This document shows, piece after piece, positions 20,422-29,922 of a DNA stretch of 64,000 bases (the first letter of the stretch is position 1; the number at the start of each line of letters is the position of its first letter). Source of the stretch: an uncultured Bifidobacterium sp. (GTDB lineage Bacteria > Verrucomicrobiota > Verrucomicrobiia > Limisphaerales > JADLHS01). Under the pieces are notes generated by a model that worked only from the letters and a program-made list of their open reading frames with translations, did not search any database and had not been told where the DNA came from. The translations under genes were made by a program, and so were the position numbers. The stretch lies in contig CAZLOH010000008.1 of assembly GCA_964561105.1 (NCBI GenBank), forward strand, positions 3,093-67,092, written 5' to 3'.

Positions 20422-21579
20422 ATGAAAGCAATCCTCGCACTCGAAGACGGTTCCATTTTCCACGGCACAGGCTTTGGCGCACGCGCCTCGGCCTGCGGGG
20501 AGGTTTGTTTCAACACTTCCATGACCGGCTACCAGGAAATCCTCACCGACCCGTCCTACAAAGGCCAGATTGTCACGATGACTTATCCGCTCATCGGCAA
20601 CTACGGCGTGAACGATCAGGACGTGGAATCGTGGCGTCCCCACGTGGGCGGCTTTGTGGTGCGGGAAGTCTCTCCCGTGGTCAGCAACTGGCGGGCGGAC
20701 CACTCCCTGACCGACTATCTTCAAACCAACGCCATCCCCGGGATTCAAGGCATTGATACGCGGGCGCTCACCAAGAAACTGCGCGTGCGCGGCGCGATGA
20801 ACGGGTTCATCTCCACGGAGGAAATCTCCGCCGACCAAGCCGTGCAACGCGCGCGGGCGTGGCCCGGTCTGGCCGGTGTGGACTACGTGAAGGAAGTCAC
20901 GCATCCGCAAACTTTCCGCTGGGATGAACCCGATGAGCAGAGCGCCGACTTTACCCTCGTGCGCGGCAACGCGGCGGGGGCGGCGCGCCATCAACGCAAA
21001 CCACTACCCGCCGCGGGCATTCCCATCGTCGCCTACGATTTCGGGATGAAGTACAACATCCTCCGCCGCCTGCGCCAGCACGGCTTCCGGATTCAAGTGG
21101 TACCGGCCACGACTCCCGCCGCCGAAGCGCTCAAACACAAGCCTGCCGGAATTTTTCTCTCGAACGGTCCCGGCGACCCCGCCGCGCTCGGCTACGCGGT
21201 GCAGGCCGTGAGCGGATTGATCCGGTCCGGCATCCCCATCTTTGGCATTTGCCTCGGCCACCAGATTCTCGGCCAGGCGTTCGGCGGCAAAACCTTCAAA
21301 CTCAAGTTCGGCCACCGGGGCGGCAACCAGCCGGTGAAAGACCTGGAGTCGGGCCAGGTCGAGATCACCTCCCAGAATCATGGATTCGCCGTGGACGCCG
21401 ATTCACTGCCGGCCGACGTGACGGTCAATCGGATCAATCTGAACGATCAAACCGTGGAAGGGTTGCGGCACAAGACCAAGCCGATCTTCTGCGTGCAATA
21501 TCATCCCGAGGCATCACCCGGCCCGCATGACTCAACCCCGTTGTTCGCCCAGTTTCGCGAGTTGATTGCTCGGAAGTGA
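20422..21579 (+). CDS. carA: Carbamoyl-phosphate synthase small subunit
   Basis: [35 protein letters not shown] (catalytic Cys), GHRGGNQP and [12 protein letters not shown]. Start set at MKAIL. Confidence 0.96.
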   Translation: MKAILALEDGSIFHGTGFGARASACGEVCFNTSMTGYQEILTDPSYKGQIVTMTYPLIGNYGVNDQDVESWRPHVGGFVVREVSPVVSNWRADHSLTDYLQTNAIPGIQGIDTRALTKKLRVRGAMNGFISTEEISADQAVQRARAWPGLAGVDYVKEVTHPQTFRWDEPDEQSADFTLVRGNAAGAARHQRKPLPAAGIPIVAYDFGMKYNILRRLRQHGFRIQVVPATTPAAEALKHKPAGIFLSNGPGDPAALGYAVQAVSGLIRSGIPIFGICLGHQILGQAFGGKTFKLKFGHRGGNQPVKDLESGQVEITSQNHGFAVDADSLPADVTVNRINLNDQTVEGLRHKTKPIFCVQYHPEASPGPHDSTPLFAQFRELIARK

Positions 21580-21694
21580 TGTCGCCGACGACGAACTAGG
21601 CCGCTGTGGGCCAGGTGAGATTATCTCACAAAACCGAAACCTTTGCGTTTGACTTGAATTTGCCGGGGCCGATACCTTGGCGGCGTTAACCATT

Positions 21695-22222
21695 ATGGCC
21701 AAACTTGTATTCCTCAGTCAGGGCATGACCGGTCGGTCACACGAATTGAAGGTGGACAAGACCACCATCGGCCGGGTGGACGACAACACGTTACCCATCA
21801 CCGAGGCTTCGGTTTCGAGCCACCATTGCGAAGTTTTGTTGCGCGGGACCGATGTCGTGATTCGCGACCTGGACTCCACCAATGGCACTTTCATCAACGG
21901 GGAGAAAGTTACGGAAGCCGTCTTGAAGCCGGGCCAGACGTTACGGCTGGGGCAAATTGAGTTGCGACTGGAGGCCGATGGTCCTGCCACGAGTACGGGA
22001 AAAAAAGGCACGGAGTCCATGTCGGGCGTGCAACGCGGCGTGAGCCTTACCGATCTGGAAGCCGGCGCACGGAGTGGCTTCGACAACAAGGACAAGGGCT
22101 TCACCAAGAAGGATAACAAGGCGAACAAAATTTTTCTGATCGCCGCCATTGCCGTGGGCGTCATCATCGTCGCTTTGGTGCTGATCGCGCTGATGACCGC
22201 CAGCTCGCCCACCAAACCCTGA
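21695..22222 (+). CDS. FHA-domain protein with a C-terminal transmembrane anchor
   Basis: TIGR, VSSHH and DLDSTNGTFING FHA motifs; hydrophobic C-terminal helix. Confidence 0.88.
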   Translation: MAKLVFLSQGMTGRSHELKVDKTTIGRVDDNTLPITEASVSSHHCEVLLRGTDVVIRDLDSTNGTFINGEKVTEAVLKPGQTLRLGQIELRLEADGPATSTGKKGTESMSGVQRGVSLTDLEAGARSGFDNKDKGFTKKDNKANKIFLIAAIAVGVIIVALVLIALMTASSPTKP

Positions 22223-22247
22223 CTCAACCGAAAGATTTATCCGCCCC

Positions 22248-22282
22248 GCCGCCGGCGTTGTTTCCGGCGGTCTTTTATTTTT
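22248..22282 (+). terminator. Probable intrinsic terminator between the convergent FHA gene and hemB
   Basis: CCGCCGG...CCGGCGG stem followed by TCTTTTATTTT. Confidence 0.55.
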
Positions 22283-23282
22283 CCCGCAGCCACTCCGCCA
22301 CGTCGGCCGCGGCGTACGTGATCAAGATGTCCGCCCCGGCCCGCCGCATCGCGAGCAAGCTTTCCAGCGTCACCGCGCGCTCATCAATCCAACCCTGGGC
22401 GGCCGCCGCCTTCACCATCGAGTACTCCGCGCTCACCGCGTACGCCGCCGTCGGGTAGCCGAACTCCGCCTTCACTCGCTGGATGATATCGAGATACGCC
22501 AGGGCCGGCTTCACCATCACAATGTCCGCACCCTCGACAATATCCAGCGCCACTTCCCGGAGCGCTTCTTCGGCATTCGCCGCGTCCATCTGGTAGCTGC
22601 GGCGGTCGCCGAATTTTGGAGTGGATTCGGCGGCTTCGCGAAACGGACCGTAAAAGGCGGAGGCAAACTTCGCGGCGTACGACATGATCGGCGTCTCCGC
22701 AAATCCCGCGCGATCCAGCGCCGCGCGCATCGCCCGCACGCGCCCATCCATCATGTCGCTGGGTGCCACCAGGTCCGCGCCCGCCTCGGCGTGACTGACG
22801 GCGGCCCGCGCGAGCAACGACAGCGTTGGATCATTCAAAATTTTTGTCCCGCGCGCACCGGTCTGCACAATTCCGCAATGACCGTGCGACATGTACTCAC
22901 ACAGGCAAACATCCGTGATGACGAGCAGTTCCGGCAGCGCCCGCTTCAACTGACGCACCGCTTGTTGCACGATCCCGTTGCGCGCGTAAGCACCGGTGGC
23001 CCGCGCGTCCTTCCGGTCGGGAATCCCGAAGAGCAGCACCGCCGGAACGCCGAGCGCGTGAACCCGCGTCGCCTCGCGCACCAGTTCGTCCGGCGACAAT
23101 TGGAACACGCCGGGCATGGCAGCGATGGGGCGGCGCACATGACGACCACTGCGGACGAACAACGGCAGCACCAGTTGCTCAACGCTCAGGCGCGTCTCGC
23201 TCACCAGCCGCCGCAGCGCCGCCGATTGCCGGAGACGGCGCGGGCGCACGGTCGGAAACTGTCCTCCCCCGTGGAGATTCAT
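22275..23282 (-). CDS. hemB: Porphobilinogen synthase (delta-aminolevulinate dehydratase)
   Basis: RPRRLR, DVCLCEYMSHGHCG (zinc site), PSDMMDGRV, SAFYGPFR and MVKPAL. Confidence 0.96.
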   Translation of the reverse strand: MNLHGGGQFPTVRPRRLRQSAALRRLVSETRLSVEQLVLPLFVRSGRHVRRPIAAMPGVFQLSPDELVREATRVHALGVPAVLLFGIPDRKDARATGAYARNGIVQQAVRQLKRALPELLVITDVCLCEYMSHGHCGIVQTGARGTKILNDPTLSLLARAAVSHAEAGADLVAPSDMMDGRVRAMRAALDRAGFAETPIMSYAAKFASAFYGPFREAAESTPKFGDRRSYQMDAANAEEALREVALDIVEGADIVMVKPALAYLDIIQRVKAEFGYPTAAYAVSAEYSMVKAAAAQGWIDERAVTLESLLAMRRAGADILITYAAADVAEWLREK

Positions 23283-23286
23283 CGCT

Positions 23287-24177
23287 TCAAACCTTGTTGC
23301 CGGACTCTCTGAGGATGCTGAGGAACTGCTTCATCGCCGGCGAGAGCACCTTGTTCTTCTTGTGAATCGCCCCCAACGGCCGGAAGAGTTCCGCGTCCTC
23401 GATCGTCACCGCGGCGAGCGTTTGTTTCGCGATTTCCTGGCTGATGGTGCCCTGCGGCACGATGGCAACCCCGGCATCAATCTCCACGGCGCGCTTCACG
23501 GTTTCGATGTTGTCAAACTCCATCACGGTATTGACCTCGACCGCGTGATCTCTGAGCACCTTGTCCAGCGCCTTGCGCGTGGGGATGTCCGGCTCGAACC
23601 CGACGAATTTTTGCCCGGAAATCGCCTTGAGCTTGATCGCTTTCTGCTTGGCGAACGGATGTTGCGGATGACAAATCAACACCAGCGGGTCTTTGCGCAA
23701 CGCCACGATCTCCAGCTTCGCGTCCTTGGCCGGATACGCCACCAACCCGAGGTCCACCACGTTGCTGAGCACGTCCTCATACACTTGGTTCGCCCGCCGA
23801 TATTCCACATGCACATGCACGGTTGGATAATCCTTCAAGAAGCGTTTGATGTAGGGCGGCAGATCGTGCAAGCCGATGCTGTAAATCGTCGCCACGCGGA
23901 TCGTGCCGGAAATGATGTCCTTGATCTCCTGGAGCTTGTTGTGCAACGCATCGAACGTCTGGATGATCTGCTTGCTGTAATCGTACAACACCTGTCCCTC
24001 ACGCGTGAGACGGAATTTCTTTTTGCTGCGCTCGATGAGCAGCGATTTGAACTGGCGCTCCAGGGAGCTGATCTGCTGGCTCACGGCGGATTGCGTGACG
24101 CCGTTGATTTGTGCGGCTTTGGTGAAACTTTCCGTTTCGGCGAGGTCGCAAAAGACTTTCAAACTTTCAATTTGCAT
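23287..24177 (-). CDS. LysR-family transcriptional regulator
   Basis: N-terminal HTH SFTKAAQINGVTQSAVSQQISSLE plus a substrate-binding domain. Confidence 0.93.
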   Translation of the reverse strand: MQIESLKVFCDLAETESFTKAAQINGVTQSAVSQQISSLERQFKSLLIERSKKKFRLTREGQVLYDYSKQIIQTFDALHNKLQEIKDIISGTIRVATIYSIGLHDLPPYIKRFLKDYPTVHVHVEYRRANQVYEDVLSNVVDLGLVAYPAKDAKLEIVALRKDPLVLICHPQHPFAKQKAIKLKAISGQKFVGFEPDIPTRKALDKVLRDHAVEVNTVMEFDNIETVKRAVEIDAGVAIVPQGTISQEIAKQTLAAVTIEDAELFRPLGAIHKKNKVLSPAMKQFLSILRESGNKV

Positions 24178-24252
24178 AGCTTATTCAAGGCGAATCTGGC
24201 GCGGGCGTCAACTTGTGTTATTGCCGAACTCCAATCATTTATTGTCCTACTG

Positions 24253-24654
24253 TCAGGTCAATTTCCGAAACGCGCCGGGCAGCAGCTCCGAAACCGTGAA
24301 TTCCCGCACGCGTCCCAGCGCCCGGCTGTCGGCCACCCACACCCGCGCTTCAGGCGCGTACTCGGCCAACAATTGCCGGCACGCGCCGCAGGGCATCGCC
24401 CCGCCGGCCGCCCGGGCCACCACCGCCACCGCCACGAAATCTCGCTGGCCCGCCGTCAGCGCCTTGAACAAGGCCACTCGCTCGGCACAACACGTCAACC
24501 CGTAGCTCGCGCTCTCCACGTTCGCCCCCGCAATGACCTCACCGTGGCGCGTCAATAACGCGGCGCCGACCCGAAATTTCGAGTAGTGCGCGACGGCGCT
24601 CCGTCGCGCCTTCGCGGCGGCGCGGATGAGAACTGCCTTATTGATTTTGCCCAT
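24253..24654 (-). CDS. cdd: Cytidine deaminase
   Basis: YSKFRVGAAL, GANVE, CAERVAL and PCGACRQ. Confidence 0.93.
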   Translation of the reverse strand: MGKINKAVLIRAAAKARRSAVAHYSKFRVGAALLTRHGEVIAGANVESASYGLTCCAERVALFKALTAGQRDFVAVAVVARAAGGAMPCGACRQLLAEYAPEARVWVADSRALGRVREFTVSELLPGAFRKLT

Positions 24655-25462
24655 AGCGTCTCGCGAACTCCGTTATCAACCGCGACCCAACAATCTTGAC
24701 CCGTTCACCGGTTGCCAAAACTTCACCATGCGACAGCGGCGACTTTCCAATGCCCGCCGCCAGATTCGTGATGCAGGACAACGCCGTCACTCTCAAGCCG
24801 CATTGCCGTGCCGCGATGACTTCTGGCACTGTGCTCATGCCCACCGCATCCGCGCCCAACCGATCGAACGCCCGAATCTCCGCCGGCGTCTCGTAGCTCG
24901 GCCCGCTCACCGCCAGATAAACGCCGCGCCGGAGTTTCAACTTCACGCCGCGCGCCGCAGACATCAGCAACGAATTAAGGTGCCGATCGTACGCGCACGT
25001 CAGATCCACAAAACGGTCCTCACCCGATGGACATGGACCTCGCAGTGGGTTCACGCCCATGAAATTGATGTGATCCGTCAGCACCATGAAATCGCCCACA
25101 CGGAACTTTCGGTTGATGCCTCCTGCCGCATTGGTCAACAGCAGGTCGGTGATGCCACACGCGGCGAGCGCGCGCACGGCGAATGTCACCTGCTCCATCG
25201 AATAGCCCTCGTAAAAATGCACTCGCCCGCTCAACGACATCACCGGGGTCCCACCCAGCTTGCCAACCACCAGTCTGCCCTCGTGCCCTGGTACCCTTGT
25301 CGTCAGAAACCCCGGCAGCTTCGCGTAAGGAACTTCGGCATCCACCTCCAGTTCACCCAAGACATGCTTGAACCCGCTGCCCAACACGATGGCGAGCTTC
25401 GGTCGAAGGCGCGTGCGCCGGTGAATGAGCGCGGCAGGAAGGCTTGGGTCGGGACTTCGCAC
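24638..25462 (-). CDS. punA: Purine nucleoside phosphorylase (trimeric PNP family)
   Basis: VLGSG, GRVHFYEG, LTNAAGG, GPSYETPAE, VGMSTVPE and CITN. Confidence 0.9.
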   Translation of the reverse strand: MRSPDPSLPAALIHRRTRLRPKLAIVLGSGFKHVLGELEVDAEVPYAKLPGFLTTRVPGHEGRLVVGKLGGTPVMSLSGRVHFYEGYSMEQVTFAVRALAACGITDLLLTNAAGGINRKFRVGDFMVLTDHINFMGVNPLRGPCPSGEDRFVDLTCAYDRHLNSLLMSAARGVKLKLRRGVYLAVSGPSYETPAEIRAFDRLGADAVGMSTVPEVIAARQCGLRVTALSCITNLAAGIGKSPLSHGEVLATGERVKIVGSRLITEFARRYGQNQ

Positions 25463-25547
25463 CCGGAGAGGTTGACCGTATCCTGCTCAATTCACCAGCC
25501 AAACCTGCCGGCCGGCTTCCTACCGGAGGATCCAAGTTTCTTGCTGC

Positions 25548-25675
25548 GGGGAGTGTACGCGCCCAAGCGTGCGGCGGTGGACGCCCGCATCCACCGCACC
25601 CGAGCGCGCCACCGCGCGAGACTCAACGCGCGTGTGCTCCCCAATCCGGTACGGGTGCAATAAAGTGAGTTGCGC
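25548..25675 (+). repeat. MITE/REP-like element, copy 1 (about 125 bp)
   Basis: Close to the reverse complement of 57012-57130; shared blocks GCGTGCGGCGGTGGACGCCCGC and GTGTGCTCC.CAATCCGGTACGGG. Confidence 0.8.
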
Positions 25676-25819
25676 TCCGTCCTGCCCCGTTTCGTTATTT
25701 CCAAGCTGACAGCTCGGGACTATGCTCCCGCGTGTCCGATGAAAATGAATCACGTCCAGCCACGATTGCCAGACCGGTCAGGCGAAGAAAACCAACTGTG
25801 ACCTTGGCGATCCGCTAAC

Positions 25820-26044
25820 ATGAGAATCACGCACTCCATATTCCTTTGCACCCTCCTTCTCCTCGGCTCCAGTTGCGCCAGCAGTTCTTCCAGTTCCAAA
25901 CAATGGGAGTATCGCGTCGTCAGCACTACAGACCCGGACAAAGGAAGGGCGTTTAACGAACTGGCAAAGCAAGGCTGGCAGTTGGTAGGCAGCGACCCGC
26001 TCAAAGGCTATCTGTTTCGACGCGCCAAGCCGCCAAGCCCGTGA
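25820..26044 (+). CDS. Small lipoprotein, DUF4177-like
   Basis: Lipobox-like LLGSSC and KQWEYRVV...FNELAKQGWQLV...YLFRR. Confidence 0.7.
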   Translation: MRITHSIFLCTLLLLGSSCASSSSSSKQWEYRVVSTTDPDKGRAFNELAKQGWQLVGSDPLKGYLFRRAKPPSP

Positions 26045-26268
26045 CTCCGAACGATCCGGACCGGGAATAGCGCGGCACTGTTGCGCGGCGACACGGTCGA
26101 GTTTTAACCGACGGCGGGTCCAGGTATTTGATCGCGTGCCCGGCTTGATTTCTCCCCAATCTCCCCTACGCTGACACTCGCGAATCCGTTTGGATTCGCA
26201 TTGATTAGCTCCCTCGCTCCATCCGATGGGGAGAGGGCCGGGGCGAGGGGCGAACCGAAATTGATTTT

Positions 26269-27417
26269 ATGAACCTTAACAACGAAGAAATCCGCCGCTA
26301 TTCACGGCACCTGATCCTGCCGGAAGTCGGTCTGGCCGGACAAAAGAAAATCAAAGCCACCAGCGTCCTGTGCATCGGCGCGGGCGGCCTCGGCTCGCCC
26401 ATCGGCATGTACCTCGCCGCCGCCGGCATCGGCAAGATCGGCATCGTGGATTTCGACCAGGTGGACGTGTCCAACTTGCAACGGCAGATTCTCCACACCG
26501 ACGCCGACGTGGGCCGGTCCAAGGCGGAATCCGCCAAGGAAACCATCGTGGGCATCAATCCCCACTGCGAAGTGGTGCTGCACCAGACCGCCATCAATTC
26601 CGGCAACGCCCTCGACCTCATCCGCCCCTACGACATCGTGGTGGACGGCACGGACAATTTCCCGACCCGCTACCTCACCAACGACGCCTGCGTGCTGCTC
26701 AAGAAGCCGAATGTCTATGGCTCCATCTTCCGCTTCGAAGGCCAGGCCAGCGTGTTCGCGCCGCATCTCGGCGGACCCTGCTATCGCTGTCTCTATCCCG
26801 AACCGCCGCCACCCGGCATGGTGCCGAGTTGCGCGGAAGGCGGCGTGCTCGGCGTGTTGCCCGGCATCATCGGCTGCATTCAGACCACGGAAATCCTGAA
26901 ACTCGCGCTCGGCAAAGGCACCTCGCTCGTCGGGCGCCTGCTCCTGTTCAACGCGCTCGACATGAAGTTCCGCGAACTCAAGCTGCGTCGCGACCCGGCA
27001 TGTCCGATCTGCGGTGACCATCCGACGATCAAGGAATTGATTGATTACGAACAATTCTGCGGCATCCAACCCGCACCCGCCGAACCGGAGAGCAATCCCG
27101 ACGAAGTCACCGTGCAGGACATGAAGCAGGCGTTAGACGATCCGAAGTTAGGCATCAAGGTCATTGACGTGCGCGAGCCGGACGAATACGAGATTGCGAA
27201 AGTGGACGGCGTGCCGTTGCTGCCCTTGAGCCAGATCGAATCACGCTTCACCGAACTCGATCCGAACCAGACCTATTACCTCCACTGCAAAGGCGGCGTG
27301 CGTTCGTTGAAGGCGCTGAACTTCCTGCGGCAACAGGGATTCAAATACCTCAAAAGCGTCAAAGGCGGCATCGCGGCGTGGTCGGATGAAATTGACCGAA
27401 ACGTGCCGAAGTATTGA
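26269..27417 (+). CDS. moeB: Molybdopterin-synthase adenylyltransferase/sulfurtransferase (ThiF/MoeB plus rhodanese, MoeZ-type)
   Basis: RYSRHLIL, GAGGLGSP, SNLQRQ, DGTDNFPTRYL, CYRCLYP and CPICG; rhodanese domain IDVREPDEY...HCKGGVRS...GGIAAW. Confidence 0.93.
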   Translation: MNLNNEEIRRYSRHLILPEVGLAGQKKIKATSVLCIGAGGLGSPIGMYLAAAGIGKIGIVDFDQVDVSNLQRQILHTDADVGRSKAESAKETIVGINPHCEVVLHQTAINSGNALDLIRPYDIVVDGTDNFPTRYLTNDACVLLKKPNVYGSIFRFEGQASVFAPHLGGPCYRCLYPEPPPPGMVPSCAEGGVLGVLPGIIGCIQTTEILKLALGKGTSLVGRLLLFNALDMKFRELKLRRDPACPICGDHPTIKELIDYEQFCGIQPAPAEPESNPDEVTVQDMKQALDDPKLGIKVIDVREPDEYEIAKVDGVPLLPLSQIESRFTELDPNQTYYLHCKGGVRSLKALNFLRQQGFKYLKSVKGGIAAWSDEIDRNVPKY

Positions 27418-27444
27418 AGCGAGGCAATTCACCGCAAAGGCGCA
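27364..27444 (+). repeat. Invariant 81-bp core of the array unit, copy 1 (last 54 nt of moeB plus 27 nt downstream)
   Basis: GGCGGCATCGCGGCG...GTATTGAAGCGAGGCAATTCACCGCAAAGGCGCA, identical at 28787-28867 and 30015-30095. Confidence 0.95.
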
Positions 27445-27866
27445 GCGCGACCGAGTCACAAGCCAAGGGGCGCGGCTGTGCTGAAAGCCAGCCGCAGCAG
27501 CTACACCTTCATAGATCGGTTGGGGAGGGGTAACACGACCCGGCGTTCGAATGTGCTGCGGCTGGTGCTGCGCACACAGCCGCGCTCCGGAAAAATCTTT
27601 GCAGCACGAAACGAAGTTGGGAGATAGCACTGCAAAGAAGTGCAGTCGCAAAGAAAACCCGTCAGGGCTGGCATATCTGTAGTCTGACCATCGGTTGACG
27701 AACCAAGCCCCGCTCAGGGGCGACATCATTCGCGGGTCGGAATATGCCGCTCCGCTGGAGCTTGTGATTTGTTGGGTTGGCAATCTACAATGATGTCGCA
27801 CCGATGGTGCTGGATGCTTGGATGAGCTTTGCGCCTTTGCCCCTTGGCGGCTTTGCGTTGCTTCGG
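27418..27866. repeat. Composite nested palindromic (REP-like) element R1
   Basis: Outer inverted repeat CGCAAAGGCGCA...TGCGCCTTTGC. It encloses a GGGGCGCGGCTGTG...CACAGCCGCGCTCC module and a CCCGTCAGGGCTGGCATAT...GCTCCGCTGGAGCTT module. Confidence 0.85.
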
Positions 27867-27917
27867 GGTATCACCGCTTGGAGCGAGGAGATTGATTCCA
27901 CAATGCCGAGGTATTGA
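27867..27917 (+). pseudogene. Diverged copy of the last 17 codons of moeB (GITAWSEEIDSTMPRY*)
   Basis: In-frame alignment to the moeB C-terminus GIAAWSDEIDRNVPKY*. Confidence 0.85.
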
Positions 27918-27943
27918 GCAGTCCCTGCCGACGGGAGAATCAC

Positions 27944-27973
27944 ATTGCCAATCAATGGCAATAGATATATGCT
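27944..27973 (+). promoter_or_regulatory. Promoter of TA cassette 1 with an operator palindrome over the -35 box
   Basis: TTGCCA-17 nt-TATGCT, 7 nt before the ATG at 27981; perfect inverted repeat ATTGCCA-atcaa-TGGCAAT at 27944-27962. Confidence 0.7.
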
Positions 27974-27980
27974 TCCAGGC

Positions 27981-28244
27981 ATGAAGATGAACACCGTCAA
28001 CATCTCGCTGCCGACGGCAATGAGCGAGTTTGTGCGCAAAAGCGTGGAGCGCGATTACGGCAACGTCAGCGAGTTCTTTCGGGACCTTCTGCGCGAGCGG
28101 ATGCGACGCGAGATCGAAGCCGACGTTACGTTTTTGAACGACGCGACCGAAGGCGCACCGCCTGGCCCGACGGAAGCCGAGATTCAGGAGATCCTCACGA
28201 TTCAAAAGCGGGTACGGAAGAAACTCCATGCGCGTGGTCTTTGA
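27981..28244 (+). CDS. Ribbon-helix-helix (ParD/CopG-like) antitoxin
   Basis: TVNISLPTAMSEFVRKSVERDYGNVSEFFRDLLR RHH pattern; overlaps the downstream PIN gene. Start set after the promoter. Confidence 0.82.
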   Translation: MKMNTVNISLPTAMSEFVRKSVERDYGNVSEFFRDLLRERMRREIEADVTFLNDATEGAPPGPTEAEIQEILTIQKRVRKKLHARGL

Positions 28245-28635
28245 CGCGAATGTCGCCGCTTCGGCAGTCGTATTCCGGGGAGAGGCTTGGGCCTGTCTCG
28301 TGAAGCTGGCGCGCAGACAAGTGTTTGCGTTTGGCACAGCGTTCACAATGGAGGAGACACGAGAGACTGCCACTGAGTTGATCCTTCATCGCAAGGCGAG
28401 ACACAACGCGGCGGGCGCGCTCCTCTGGTATCTGGAAAATGTGCGGCAAGTTCAGCCCGCCCCGCTGGGCAAGCAACGCAGCCGTGACGCGAAGGATGAT
28501 CCATACCTCGCCGCTGCGTTGGCTGGGCGAGCGAAAATCATCGTGAGCTACGACAAGGATTTGCTGGATTTGCAAAAGCCGTTTGGAATCGCCATCGTGC
28601 GGCCAGGCGAATTTCTGAAGCAATTGAAGGGCTGA
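28228..28635 (+). CDS. PIN-domain toxin (TIGR00305/PIN_3-like)
   Basis: MRVVFDANV and RDAKDDPYLAAA...IVSYDKDLL acidic PIN residues. Confidence 0.88.
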   Translation: MRVVFDANVAASAVVFRGEAWACLVKLARRQVFAFGTAFTMEETRETATELILHRKARHNAAGALLWYLENVRQVQPAPLGKQRSRDAKDDPYLAAALAGRAKIIVSYDKDLLDLQKPFGIAIVRPGEFLKQLKG

Positions 28636-28660
28636 ACAAATCTTGCTTTGGACTCCCGAC

Positions 28661-28840
28661 GAATCGCGCCTCACTGAACTCGACCCGAGCACGCCCTACT
28701 GCCTGCACTACAAAGCCGGCGTGCGATCGCTGAAGGCGCTGAACTTCCTGCGGCAACAGGGATTCACATTTCTCAAGAGCGTCCAAGGCGGCATCGCGGC
28801 GTGGTCGGATGAAATTGACCGAAACGTGCCGAAGTATTGA
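28661..28840 (+). pseudogene. 180-bp duplicate of the moeB 3' end (rhodanese fragment)
   Basis: Aligns without gaps to 27238-27417. It has 20 substitutions in the first 126 nt and none in the last 54 nt; the catalytic HCKGG has become HYKAG. Confidence 0.92.
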
Positions 28841-29109
28841 AGCGAGGCAATTCACCGCAAAGGCGCAAAGAAGCGGAGTCGCAAGGGAAGCCCGTCAGGG
28901 CTGGCATAATTATAGTTTGGAATCTCCGAATCAAATCAAGCTTCGTCCAGCGGCGACACCTTGTTGTAAAACAGAATACGTCGCTCCGCTGGAGCTTGTA
29001 GTTTTGCGTGGTTGGTTTTCTACAAAGATGCTGCACCTACGGTGCCGGTGTCGTGGACGATCCACACTCCCTTGCGCCTTTGCCCCTTGGCGACTTTGCG
29101 TTGCTTCGG
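28841..29109. repeat. Composite palindromic element R2 (short version)
   Basis: Same outer inverted repeat as R1 and the CCCGTCAGGGCTGGCAT module, but without the GGGGCGCGGCTGTG module. Confidence 0.85.
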
Positions 29110-29160
29110 GGCATCACCGCCTGGAGCGAGGAGGTTGATCCCAGAGTGCCGAGGTAATGA
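29110..29160 (+). pseudogene. Diverged copy of the moeB C-terminal codons (GITAWSEEVDPRVPR**)
   Basis: GGCATCACCGCCTGGAGCGAGGAGGTTGATCCCAGAGTGCCGAGGTAATGA. Confidence 0.85.
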
Positions 29161-29180
29161 GGCGGCGGCAGGAATTCGGT

Positions 29181-29678
29181 TCAACTCTCGCCAGCCCGCT
29201 TCAATGCAGCAGCCTCGACTGCTGGACTCAGCCAGAATGTCGTTCGGGTGGCCAGCAGTCCGAGCACTGGTTTCAAAGCAGGGATTTTTCCTACCGCTTT
29301 TGCGCGCAATAGAACACCCAAAGTTCCCGTGTAAGCGATGCCCAAAGCCGCCGCCGCCTTTCGTCCTCGAGCATCGTCCACCAAAAGCAACGAGCCAGGC
29401 AACTCCAAAGCCAGCGCCAAAGCCTCGGTCTCGCCGGGTTGCAGGTTGAACGGCAGCGATGAGACTCTCGCCAAGTTGTGCGGCGACTGTACCACCAGCC
29501 AGCCTTCCGCGTTAGCGCGTTGAACTTCTTGAACGCCGTAAGTTTTGGGTGATGCCGCGGTTTCGTTCCAGACCTCCGGCGGAATGTGGATGGTGGAATA
29601 AAACTCCTGGAGCAGATGGAATTGCTCGCCTGCCGCGAGCGTGATCAATACCGACAAATCAACGACGACCGCCGGCAT
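29181..29678 (-). CDS. DUF3368-type PIN-domain toxin
   Basis: VVVDLSVLI, IPPEVWNE, LQPGETEALALA and LLVDDARGRKAA...GTLGVLLRAK. Confidence 0.88.
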   Translation of the reverse strand: MPAVVVDLSVLITLAAGEQFHLLQEFYSTIHIPPEVWNETAASPKTYGVQEVQRANAEGWLVVQSPHNLARVSSLPFNLQPGETEALALALELPGSLLLVDDARGRKAAAALGIAYTGTLGVLLRAKAVGKIPALKPVLGLLATRTTFWLSPAVEAAALKRAGES

Positions 29679-29916
29679 AAGCGATGTCGTGTTCGAGATC
29701 GGTCATCGAGTAAGGCATTGGCACACGCCGTTCTCGCAAGATTTCCGTGAAACGCGCCTCCGTCATGCTGGCCACCCGCGCCGCTTTGCCAACGGGTAAA
29801 CTGCCGGAACGGTAGAGTGCGACGGCCAGTTCCAGATGCAACTCGGCTTCCGCCGCTTCCGGCTGGCTTTCCAACCGTTGGGCGAAGTCGTCTGAAACAT
29901 TTAGGGTCACACTCAT
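29659..29916 (-). CDS. UPF0175-family antitoxin
   Basis: ELAVALYRSGSLPVGKAARVASM...EILRERRVP; overlaps the DUF3368 gene. Confidence 0.88.
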   Translation of the reverse strand: MSVTLNVSDDFAQRLESQPEAAEAELHLELAVALYRSGSLPVGKAARVASMTEARFTEILRERRVPMPYSMTDLEHDIAYAGGRR

Positions 29917-29922
29917 GCCTGC

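Noticed and set aside
25739-25801. Small ORF MKMNHVQPRL... behind a TATGCT box, starting like the RHH antitoxin
   Set aside because: Only 20 codons, with similarity limited to four residues; probably coincidence.
28643-28840. Functional stand-alone rhodanese protein
   Set aside because: It lacks the N-terminal half of the domain and the catalytic Cys and has only a weak TTG start; treated as a gene fragment.
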